A stretch of DNA of 25,977 nt from the sequence record OR354857.1, one strand, 5' to 3'. The position numbers and the translations under genes are program-made. The notes below the pieces were generated by a model. It did no database searches, had not been told where the DNA came from, and saw nothing but the letters and a program-made list of their open reading frames with translations. Below are positions 7,922-16,230 of this stretch, one piece after another. This DNA is from Staphylococcus phage S-CoN_Ph34. Each line of letters starts with the position of its first letter. Position 1 is the first letter of the stretch.

Positions 7922-8701
7922 TTAAACGATAGGTGTTATTGTATGTTTTTGTAATGGTAAACATCTGATTAGAAAAAATTTATCAGTACCAATAGAGTGC
8001 AAATCCCACTGCATACTGTCTTGTAATTTTTTAAGAAATTCCTCAAAGGCACGTGCAACAACATCAAGCCCACCACTAGAGCCACTAGAACTACTTGAAC
8101 CACTACTTGAACCTCCTTTTCCGTCTATTTTACCACCCCACGCGAGTATGGTGTTTGAAGCGTCTAAGAATGGATTTCCATAAGTTTGTACCCTATTATA
8201 ACTAGCTTGTAACCCCTCAGGATAATAAGCAGCCCAAGTTGCTGCAGCTGTTAATGGAATATAGGCACGACCGACTTTTCCATTTTTCATATTATGAGAA
8301 AAATCATAATTTCCTTTTGCTTTTACACTTGCAGGCACAAAGTCTACGGGATTTCCTGCGTCAATCCACGAGGGTGTACCTGCTTGACGAGATTGAGAAA
8401 CAAGTTTACGTGCAACAAATTGTGCGTCTGATAAATAATTACCCTGTGGTGTTGTATGGTTAAGCCAACCCCAACTACCATTATAGCCCTCATTTTTTTC
8501 ATAAGCACTAAATAATGCAGGTGATACCCCTATGCTTTTAACTGCATTGAGAACCTGCCTAATTTTACCTGAATCATTTCCACACCATGCTTGAAATCGT
8601 CCTATGCCTTTGACTTTAGGTACTAAATCATCAACACTTAATCCAAAATCATCATTTAAGTTAGAATGTATAAACTTGTCAATTTTTTCTTTATCATTCA
8701 T
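7922..8701 (-). CDS. Putative cell-wall hydrolase (annotated amidase-like) with Gly/Ser-rich linker; C-terminal 16 aa probably not the real terminus
   Basis: Lies between holin and CHAP gene. GGSSSGSSSSSGSSGG linker. Paralogue 17655-18425. Functional class is inferred from context, not from a recognised motif. Confidence 0.45.
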   Translation of the reverse strand: MNDKEKIDKFIHSNLNDDFGLSVDDLVPKVKGIGRFQAWCGNDSGKIRQVLNAVKSIGVSPALFSAYEKNEGYNGSWGWLNHTTPQGNYLSDAQFVARKLVSQSRQAGTPSWIDAGNPVDFVPASVKAKGNYDFSHNMKNGKVGRAYIPLTAAATWAAYYPEGLQASYNRVQTYGNPFLDASNTILAWGGKIDGKGGSSSGSSSSSGSSGGLDVVARAFEEFLKKLQDSMQWDLHSIGTDKFFLIRCLPLQKHTITPIV

Positions 8702-9116
8702 CTTTATCTACTTCTTTCATCGGTTTATTGTCACGACTACGAATGACTTTTAATTTTTCACCTATTTCTTCGGGAATCAGAACCCCCATTTCTGCACAGT
8801 TTTCAACAATAGATAATCCCTCATTCGCTATATAGAAAAAGATTGTTACCATTAATAAACCATTGTTTAGATTTAATATTTGGTCAATGATATTTGCTAA
8901 AATGATAATACAGAAAATGAGTATTTTACGACCAAATCCATACATGCTTTTTCTACTCCATAAATTTTTATTTTTAAAGGCTTTAGCTAAACCTGTAATA
9001 ATATCAATTAACATTAATACCATTAAAAAATACAGTAATTTTATATCACCTGCATATATAAATGTGTGAAAAGCGTCAGTTTGTGTATATTGTACGTGTA
9101 ATTCACCTTTTTCCAT
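8694..9116 (-). CDS. Holin (two TM segments, charged C-terminus)
   Basis: Hydrophobic segments LLYFLMVLMLIDIITGL and ILIFCIIILANIIDQIL, acidic/basic C-terminal tail. Immediately upstream of lysin genes. Confidence 0.65.
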   Translation of the reverse strand: MEKGELHVQYTQTDAFHTFIYAGDIKLLYFLMVLMLIDIITGLAKAFKNKNLWSRKSMYGFGRKILIFCIIILANIIDQILNLNNGLLMVTIFFYIANEGLSIVENCAEMGVLIPEEIGEKLKVIRSRDNKPMKEVDKDE

Positions 9117-9125
9117 TTTTTAAAC

Positions 9126-9470
9126 CTACTTTCTAAATTTATTTTTAAATACATTTTGTGCCATTGGATTGTTTGTTCCGTCGTTATGCCAAAATCTGAC
9201 ACCCGTTTCAAGTAATACTTTTAACTGTTCTAAAAGCATAGGGTCGATACCGTCAATAGTATATGTACCTCTCATTCTTAAATAATTGCATACCGTCCAT
9301 GAATCAATTGGGAATGGTGTTCCTGCTTGGTCATTAGTTTCAAAACCTAACATGAAATAATAACGTTTAATATTATCCATGTCGAAGGGCGCTGGTACAC
9401 CAATTTTCATGGTTAATCCATTAATACTATTTGCGATTTGGAACGCATTTCCCATTTGTGAACTTGTCAC
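9126..9470 (-). CDS. Tail knob protein (phi29 gp9-like), C-terminal fragment
   Basis: Adding one C in C4 run (G4 on + strand, 9475-9478) fuses it to 9467-10270 as ..LQPPTVTSSQMGNAF.. Confidence 0.65.
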   Translation of the reverse strand: MTSSQMGNAFQIANSINGLTMKIGVPAPFDMDNIKRYYFMLGFETNDQAGTPFPIDSWTVCNYLRMRGTYTIDGIDPMLLEQLKVLLETGVRFWHNDGTNNPMAQNVFKNKFRK

Positions 9471-10270
9471 AGTAGGGGTTGTAATGCTAAGTCTTTATAT
9501 TCTGCACGTAATTCTTTATAGTAATTATACTCATCATTAAATTTTGAAAATAAAGCCGTTGGTGAAAGGTTTGACCCAATGCTTACAGCGTCATAAAATC
9601 TTGATTTCAAATCATTACCACCCACAACATTATTGATTCTGCTAGATATTAAATTACTTTGTGCATTTTTTTGTTTGTTGGCTTGTTGAGATTGTGCAAG
9701 TAATCCATTATCAATTAAAATAGGTACTTCTGCAAAACTATCAAACGTGATAGCCGTATTTAAAAATGAACCTGTATCAATCAATATTGAATTATCACTT
9801 GCTTGTATTGGTTTTTCATTGGGTGCGCTATTATAGTCAACGGGATAAATACGTACCTCATTATGATAACCAATAATAGATTTTGTTCTTAACTTAACCC
9901 CTGTTTTTTCTGTTATTTTTCCTGCGTCAAGTAATAAACTGTCACCATTCCATGAATATATTTCAATCGTTAAATATTCATTTCTCACTAAATGTTTTAA
10001 TTCATCTTGATTAGCATTAATCATATATTGTAATCTTTCAAAAGGTACACGTAATTCTTTTAATTCCCATTCATTCGATAACTTTTCATTTTTTAGTGTC
10101 ATTAAACCTTTAATATCTTCTTGTGTTTTGACTGCTTCTAAATCATCAATATTAATAAATGTAGCAGGTATTAAAATAATTTTTTGAAAGTTTTGCGTAA
10201 TCCATGGATATTTACTCATTTTATCCATAAATTCGTTAAAGTCTTTACGATTCATCACATACAGATTCAC
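9467..10270 (-). CDS. Tail knob protein (phi29 gp9-like), central fragment
   Basis: Contiguous with flanking fragments. The three ORFs sum to 588 aa (phi29 gp9 about 600 aa). Confidence 0.65.
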   Translation of the reverse strand: MNLYVMNRKDFNEFMDKMSKYPWITQNFQKIILIPATFINIDDLEAVKTQEDIKGLMTLKNEKLSNEWELKELRVPFERLQYMINANQDELKHLVRNEYLTIEIYSWNGDSLLLDAGKITEKTGVKLRTKSIIGYHNEVRIYPVDYNSAPNEKPIQASDNSILIDTGSFLNTAITFDSFAEVPILIDNGLLAQSQQANKQKNAQSNLISSRINNVVGGNDLKSRFYDAVSIGSNLSPTALFSKFNDEYNYYKELRAEYKDLALQPLL

Positions 10271-10890
10271 TGGACTTGTAATGTAATCGTAAGTAATCCC
10301 TTTGATGATTCTAGGTTAGGCTCTTTTTTCGTACCAAACTTTTTAGATAAATCAGCACTTGATTGGAATAAAACAAGATTACCACCAAACTGTTCAAGAT
10401 AATTATTTAAATAGTATTTGTTACTTGCTTTAATAACATCATCGTTATTTCTAAGTGAGGGTAATAAATAATTGTAAACCTCACGTGGTAAATGTTGTCG
10501 TTCAATAAACGCATTTTGTACATTTGATAATACATTACCCTGTGTGTAAGTCATCACTGTATCAATCACTAAATACATTCGTGTAACATGGTCGTTGACA
10601 TACTCAATTTGATTCACAAACGCATAATAACGTCTATTTTCAAAATCAGATTTAAACGTACAATAATTAATCCCCTGTGCGTCTTGCCATGACATTTGTT
10701 CAAGATTCACCATGTTTCTATCACGTATAAAATTAAACGGAATATTTTTATAATCAATAGCATTAAAATGATTTTCATTTAAAAAATAGTTGTCACGTTC
10801 ATTGTTTGATGAAAAGTGAATTGTGTTTTGATAATCTGTCAGTGGTGTATTATAGAAAAATTTAAAATGTGTCAGTTTTCTATCTGCCAT
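10267..10890 (-). CDS. Tail knob protein (phi29 gp9-like), N-terminal fragment
   Basis: TDYQNTIHFSSNNERDNYF and RRYYAFVNQIEYVNDHVTRMYLVIDTVMTY resemble the phi29 gp9 N-terminus (NDYKNTRWF..., KWFYAFVTELEF...). Strong SD AGGAGG. Confidence 0.75.
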   Translation of the reverse strand: MADRKLTHFKFFYNTPLTDYQNTIHFSSNNERDNYFLNENHFNAIDYKNIPFNFIRDRNMVNLEQMSWQDAQGINYCTFKSDFENRRYYAFVNQIEYVNDHVTRMYLVIDTVMTYTQGNVLSNVQNAFIERQHLPREVYNYLLPSLRNNDDVIKASNKYYLNNYLEQFGGNLVLFQSSADLSKKFGTKKEPNLESSKGLLTITLQVQ

Positions 10891-10908
10891 AAAATAACCT
10901 CCTTATAT

Positions 10909-10938
10909 GTAAAAATAGACACGCTTTCACGTGTCTAT
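10909..10938 (-). terminator. Rho-independent terminator (- strand) between coiled-coil gene and tail knob
   Basis: 9-bp stem ATAGACACG/CGTGTCTAT, loop TGAAAG, then T5 on - strand. Confidence 0.5.
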
Positions 10939-10949
10939 TATATCATAAT

Positions 10950-11753
10950 TTAATCCATAAATACGGTATTAATTGGACACCACTCATCGCCTGTTGGACT
11001 AGGGTAGGTTGTTCCCTCAATAACAACATCACCTGCACGCATCACAGTCATTCTTGTGTAGTAAATTGAACCTGATTTTTTACTTGTATTTTGAACATAG
11101 TAATGTGGATTTGTGAACTGACCATTGATAGGTATTTTTCCTACTGTAATAGATTCACCTTTATACCCTTTTACTGCACCACGTAAAGCAACTGTTTTAA
11201 TGCCTTTTACGTTAGTAATTCGATATTGTGGTGGGTCGGTATGTGGTATTAACCCACTACCTGTGATTTTGATATTTTGCCAACCTGTATCTTCAATAGT
11301 AATACCATTGATTTTTTCCGTATTCGATTGAATTTTTTTATTTGTTTCTTCTATCTTTTCGTCTATCTTTTCGTTTAACGTTTTTTGTTCTTGTTTCAAT
11401 TCGTCGATATTAATGGAATCAATTTTTTGCTTCATTTCTTCTAAGTTGTAACTATTAAATTTTTCAGTAATTTCATTCACTTTTAATTTGTTATCTTCGA
11501 CAGATGTTTCAATGACTTTGATTTTTTCTTCATTATCATAAATACGTTTTTCATTGTCTGATAATTTTTCTTGTACTTCTTGCATTTCATCTTGTAGTGG
11601 TTCGATACTTTCTAAATGAAGAAATCCGTTTTTAGTGTAAATATAAACATCACCGTCAACGGTTGAACATATGTCATTTTCGTCAAGAAGATTTGTATTA
11701 AAATTTTGTAGGTTATAAATATCTTTGACACTTCTTACAAATTTACTTGCCAT
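10950..11753 (-). CDS. Structural protein with central coiled coil and globular C-terminal domain (tail spike/fibre-associated?)
   Basis: Heptad-like, E/K-rich central region. SD GGAGG. Confidence 0.45.
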   Translation of the reverse strand: MASKFVRSVKDIYNLQNFNTNLLDENDICSTVDGDVYIYTKNGFLHLESIEPLQDEMQEVQEKLSDNEKRIYDNEEKIKVIETSVEDNKLKVNEITEKFNSYNLEEMKQKIDSINIDELKQEQKTLNEKIDEKIEETNKKIQSNTEKINGITIEDTGWQNIKITGSGLIPHTDPPQYRITNVKGIKTVALRGAVKGYKGESITVGKIPINGQFTNPHYYVQNTSKKSGSIYYTRMTVMRAGDVVIEGTTYPSPTGDEWCPINTVFMD

Positions 11754-11758
11754 GTTTT

Positions 11759-12496
11759 TTAAACCTCCAATTTACCCCAAAGATGTTTTTCATTGAGTAT
11801 TTTTTCTTGTTTATCTTCAATTTTACCAATTGACATATAAAAACGGTTTTTACTAGCACCTTTTTGTTGATAGTAAAACCCTAACCACCAAAAACCATCT
11901 TTTTTATAAATTCTATCAAACTTAACGTATTGATTAGGATAAATCCAAGAATTTTTATCAACAATTTCACCTTTTAATGATGGTTCTAATCTCACACGAA
12001 TTGGACGTTTATTAGTTTTAAATGATGTAAATTTACCATTCCATTTATAAACGTTTTTGGGTTTGCTTTCTTTTCTAAAATGTGGACGAATAAAGTGTGT
12101 AACTCCGTCATAATAATGAACACGTTGTGTTGCTAATTCTTGATAGCTTCCACCTAAACCATTCCAATTTTGTTCAAGACATAAATAATAATTTAAATTA
12201 CCACTAATGACAATTTGAATATGACCGTATTCACTATATGCACCCTCAGTATAGACTGCAATATCACCAAATTGTGGTTTAAAATCACGTGTATTACGAT
12301 AAACCGTTGCTAAACCTTTCATATCATTTTTAATTGCGTCTTTTGCATTACCCCATAATCTTACTTGACCGTCTGTAATGTAATACATGTAATCAACTGC
12401 TAAATCAGCACATTGATAACCAAAACTACCGTCAAAATCAACGCCTACACCTGTATGTGTTTGAATATAGTGTCTAGCTTGCGACAATGTTTTCAT
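11759..12496 (-). CDS. Endolysin, CHAP peptidase + SH3b-like cell-wall-binding domain (P68 Lys16-like)
   Basis: CHAP Cys (GYQCADLAVDYMYY) and His (EYGHIQIV). C-terminal W/Y/K-rich ~90 aa. SD AGGAGG. Confidence 0.7.
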   Translation of the reverse strand: MKTLSQARHYIQTHTGVGVDFDGSFGYQCADLAVDYMYYITDGQVRLWGNAKDAIKNDMKGLATVYRNTRDFKPQFGDIAVYTEGAYSEYGHIQIVISGNLNYYLCLEQNWNGLGGSYQELATQRVHYYDGVTHFIRPHFRKESKPKNVYKWNGKFTSFKTNKRPIRVRLEPSLKGEIVDKNSWIYPNQYVKFDRIYKKDGFWWLGFYYQQKGASKNRFYMSIGKIEDKQEKILNEKHLWGKLEV

Positions 12497-12532
12497 TTTT
12501 GTTTCCTCCTTTAAATTAGGATAGGCAAACGC

Positions 12533-14362
12533 CTACCCTAGAATAATCAACCCTTTACTTGATAATGTTTGAGGGTCAACATTGGTAGAATATCCATGGT
12601 CTTTATCTGTAAATATCCTACTACCATTATACACGTTATAAACTGTTTTGTTACTAGATATGTTAGAACCAAAACAAGTAATTTCACCACCACGTGTTGC
12701 ATAAACGGGTTCATTTTTAGTACCACTAATATTTGACGCTTCGGCGAACACTTTAGACGCATAAGCTAAAATACCAAAGTCACCACTACCTGTGATTGTG
12801 ATTCTATCTGCAAATATTTGACCACCACGTGTGGCTTCAATCCCGTTACGACCTGCACGTTCAATCACTGCTTCATTAATAGAAATGACTGAACCATAAG
12901 CCAATACGTTATCATCTTTTGAACGTGAAACCTTTGCCCCGTACGCTGCGACATAACCACCACGTGTAGCTTCTAATCCACGACGACCATTTCCATCACA
13001 ATTAATCAATTGGCAATAAACATCACCTGCATAGGCAAGTACACCATTTCTTTTATTACCATTGGTTGTTGATAATCTTGCTTGAACTGTTGAACCATGT
13101 GTACATTGGATTCCGTCAAGTCCGTTTTCATTCGCATTACCACTTGTGAAATCCACTTTTGAGTTATTACTTGCTATGACACCATGCCATTTATTACGTG
13201 AAGCAGTTGCCCCTGTGGCGTCAATAGAACAACCCCTGTTTGCCATAATTCCACTTGCACCACAACCATTAGCAATGCCTTTATCAAAGTTAATGTTTGA
13301 TGAACGTGTCGCAATGACACCGTATGTTGTTTGTGAATTTGAACAATCACTACTTCTTAAATCAATATCACTTGACGCATAACTTACAACATTATCATCA
13401 ATTGTATCAGTGATTTTACAGTTTCTTGCACTCGCTTGTGAACCAGTTGTCACCATTAAACCATGGTGTCCGTTAAATCTTGCTTCGGTAAAATCAATAT
13501 AACCACTTGCACCATGTGAGAAGTGTATTCCAATTTCACCACAACGATTGACTGTCATATAATTACCTGTTAATGATGAATTAAAAATTCTTAATCCGTC
13601 ACCATACATATTTTGGTCTTTATTATATTCTTCTAATTGTTCACGATTACCATTGTACGAAAAATCACAATAGTTGGTTTGAATATGTGAACCATTGACA
13701 CCACATAAGCCAATAAAATTAAAGTGTGTAGAACCTCCACGTTCAGTCATTTCAAACGTTGTATTATCCATTAAGAAACCACAGTTAATACTATCTGAAA
13801 AATCTTTGTTTTGAAGTTTAAAATCAATTTTAGGGAATGTTGAATTAATTCCATAAAATAATGGTTTTACTCTAAAAATTGGATTTGTTTTTATTTCAAC
13901 TTGACGATTTAATTCAGTTTCATAGGCTTCAACAATATCATTTTCTGATGTAATCGTAATATGATTATAACGTTTATCACGTAAGAATAATTGTTCTCGC
14001 ATCATGTAATCTTTAAGTAAAATGACACGTATAGATTTTGGTTGAACAATTAAATTTTCAATGTAATCAAAACAATGATTCAATGTGTAAAAATCACCTT
14101 TTTGTCCTACTGTATATGTGACATCTGTATTTGATAACGTTAAAGCGTCGTATGTTTCTTTCATTTTTTGTATGTCATCTGCTAGTCCATTAACAAAATC
14201 ACATAATTCAAAAATAAAACCATTAAAACGTGCTAAGTAATCATAATATGATTTTGAATTGGTATTATAATCTGCATTATCACTGTAAAATGGTTCACGA
14301 TATATGCCACGACGATAACCATATTCATTATTATAGTTGATTCTACCGTTATTTATATACAT
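12533..14362 (-). CDS. Tail fibre / appendage protein with right-handed beta-helix repeats
   Basis: Repeated ..ATRGG.. / G-x-x-A-x-x-S turns in the C-terminal 350 aa (GLEATRGGYVAAYGAKVS, GIEATRGGQIFADRITI, VYATRGGEITCFGSNIS). SD GGAGG. Confidence 0.6.
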   Translation of the reverse strand: MYINNGRINYNNEYGYRRGIYREPFYSDNADYNTNSKSYYDYLARFNGFIFELCDFVNGLADDIQKMKETYDALTLSNTDVTYTVGQKGDFYTLNHCFDYIENLIVQPKSIRVILLKDYMMREQLFLRDKRYNHITITSENDIVEAYETELNRQVEIKTNPIFRVKPLFYGINSTFPKIDFKLQNKDFSDSINCGFLMDNTTFEMTERGGSTHFNFIGLCGVNGSHIQTNYCDFSYNGNREQLEEYNKDQNMYGDGLRIFNSSLTGNYMTVNRCGEIGIHFSHGASGYIDFTEARFNGHHGLMVTTGSQASARNCKITDTIDDNVVSYASSDIDLRSSDCSNSQTTYGVIATRSSNINFDKGIANGCGASGIMANRGCSIDATGATASRNKWHGVIASNNSKVDFTSGNANENGLDGIQCTHGSTVQARLSTTNGNKRNGVLAYAGDVYCQLINCDGNGRRGLEATRGGYVAAYGAKVSRSKDDNVLAYGSVISINEAVIERAGRNGIEATRGGQIFADRITITGSGDFGILAYASKVFAEASNISGTKNEPVYATRGGEITCFGSNISSNKTVYNVYNGSRIFTDKDHGYSTNVDPQTLSSKGLIILG

Positions 14363-14373
14363 ATTTTATCCTC

Positions 14374-15225
14374 CTACCATATGTGTAAAAAACATTCTTT
14401 ATCATATGTTTTAAATATTGTATCACGCATTGAATATAACTTTTGTAAGTTATCTATTAAGTATTGTTTTGTTAATCCTGTTCGTTTCATTTCATTTTGT
14501 GATTGTGTATTACGTTTTGTATCACTTTCACCGTTTCTTAATGAATCAAACGTATTATCTTTTGTACCTGTTTTTTCTGATACTGTTTCACTTGTATTTT
14601 TATCACGTGAAATCGTATTTGTGTCTGCATAATCAAGCACTGTATTATCTACATCAATATTTACTTGTGATTGTGGTAATGTAGATTCTGCAGTCCTATT
14701 ATCGTCAAAACTTTTTGTGATGGTATCTTCATAGTCTTTGTATTCTTCATGACCTTTGTCTTGTTGTCTGTCTTTGGTTTGACCTTGCTCGATTGCGTTT
14801 TCAATCGCTTTACCTAAGTCTTGTGATTGTGTATCTGTAACTTGTTCAATATATTTATACATATCTGAACCATAAACACGATAAATGTAATCTTCATGTG
14901 TCATTGTGATATACAAAACTTGACTTGCAAAGGCTTCAACCGTTTGTCTACCAATTTCACGATATAAAAAACGCAATGTAAAACTTTCTTTAAAATATCG
15001 GTCAATCCGTTCATCATTAAACATGAAACCTTTAAAAAAGATATTATCGACAATTTGTTTAACATCATCATCAAAATACAACATCTTTTGCATAAACGCA
15101 TGTTTTGAATCATTAAAGTGGATTCTATCATTATTAACAAATTCATTTAATCCCAAACGTTGTAATTCACTTTCAATAATTTCATATAACGTTGTTGTGT
15201 GTTTACTCAACTTTTCCACCACCAA
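14374..15225 (-). CDS. Putative lower collar protein (gp11-like by synteny); start uncertain (TTG/GTG)
   Basis: Lies between portal and fibre. Polar/acidic C-terminal region. Confidence 0.4.
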   Translation of the reverse strand: MVVEKLSKHTTTLYEIIESELQRLGLNEFVNNDRIHFNDSKHAFMQKMLYFDDDVKQIVDNIFFKGFMFNDERIDRYFKESFTLRFLYREIGRQTVEAFASQVLYITMTHEDYIYRVYGSDMYKYIEQVTDTQSQDLGKAIENAIEQGQTKDRQQDKGHEEYKDYEDTITKSFDDNRTAESTLPQSQVNIDVDNTVLDYADTNTISRDKNTSETVSEKTGTKDNTFDSLRNGESDTKRNTQSQNEMKRTGLTKQYLIDNLQKLYSMRDTIFKTYDKECFLHIW

Positions 15226-16210
15226 AATTATCAGTCTTTAAATTCATAATATCCATTTCAGAAATTGCCTCATCATCATAGTAAGGGTGAATATCTAAAT
15301 TAAAACGACGATTTAACATTTCAAAAGGGTTTCTACCTCTTAAATAAATATTACTATTTGATGTAGTAAATGAACGATTGGATTTAGCTTCCGTATCACT
15401 CACACCACTTTCTTTATCAACTGCAAGTGAGTTGACACCTAAGAAATTACTTAACTCACTGACTTTATTTTGATATTCTCGTTTCATTTCAACTAAAGCA
15501 GTAGTTACAAAATCACTACCCAAGTCAATAATATCTTCTTCAGGGTCAATGTATTTATCTGTCTTAATAAAAGGTGCACCATTATACAATTTATTAATAA
15601 AATGATTAATCGTTTCATCTTGAATATCAGATAAAAATATTTTACTAAATTTAGACTGCATAATAAGTGAAAAGCGAGATAATATAATTTCAGCTAATTC
15701 ATCACAATAATGTTCGATAATCTGATAATCATTATTTAAATTAACGGGTTTATTTCGTAATACAACAAAATCACCACTTTGGCAATTATCATAATATTCA
15801 ATTTCTAAAGCATAATCTGGTCTTAAATAATCAGGAATAATAAATGTGATGTCATCTTGAGTTAATCGTCTGTTAAAAGTTAAATTGAAGTTATTTATAA
15901 AATCGTTACTATTTTTATAATACATTGATTGGATATAGCCTAATATCATAATGACACCATTTCTAGCTTTACCAACTACAACTTGATAACCTTGTCTTAA
16001 TGCAATTTCAAGTTGTAAAAAATCAATACCAACTGAATTTTGATTTGTATAATTGATAAGCAATGGTAAAAATTCAACGTAACGATTAAAAATTAACCGA
16101 CGAAAACGGTTTCTATGTTCCATTATTCGTCGGTCAATATCTTCAGTCAATTCAACTTTTAAACCAACATCTTTATTTTTTCCGATGTAATCGTTATCCA
16201 AATAACTCAT
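15203..16210 (-). CDS. Putative portal / upper collar protein (gp10-like by synteny and size)
   Basis: 335 aa. SD AGGAGG. Sits between MCP and lower collar as in P68-like genomes. Confidence 0.45.
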   Translation of the reverse strand: MSYLDNDYIGKNKDVGLKVELTEDIDRRIMEHRNRFRRLIFNRYVEFLPLLINYTNQNSVGIDFLQLEIALRQGYQVVVGKARNGVIMILGYIQSMYYKNSNDFINNFNLTFNRRLTQDDITFIIPDYLRPDYALEIEYYDNCQSGDFVVLRNKPVNLNNDYQIIEHYCDELAEIILSRFSLIMQSKFSKIFLSDIQDETINHFINKLYNGAPFIKTDKYIDPEEDIIDLGSDFVTTALVEMKREYQNKVSELSNFLGVNSLAVDKESGVSDTEAKSNRSFTTSNSNIYLRGRNPFEMLNRRFNLDIHPYYDDEAISEMDIMNLKTDNFGGGKVE

Positions 16211-16230
16211 GGTTTAAAAGTCCTCCTTTA

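Larger units (their letters stand above)
1..8942. repeat. Left arm of large diverged inverted duplication (early/replication module + lysis module); paralogous to 17426-25977 in inverted orientation
   Basis: Every ORF from 205-477 through holin residue ~59 has a collinear homologue on the opposite strand in 17426-25811 (~70-85% aa identity). Examples: pol 4879-7172 vs 19174-21459, ATPase 3564-4795 vs 21503-22762. Confidence 0.85.

Noticed and set aside
8037-8110. Direct nucleotide repeats (ACTAGAGCCACTAGAACTACTTGAACCACTACTTGAACC)
   Set aside because: They simply encode the Gly/Ser-rich interdomain linker of the amidase-like protein (low-complexity coding repeat), not a CRISPR or regulatory array. 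No CRISPR-like spacer/repeat structure anywhere in the window.
10920-10932. TGATATAAT extended -10-like sequence on the - strand overlapping the terminator stem upstream of the tail knob gene
   Set aside because: The predicted transcription start would fall inside the terminator hairpin. In ~30% GC DNA such matches are expected by chance.
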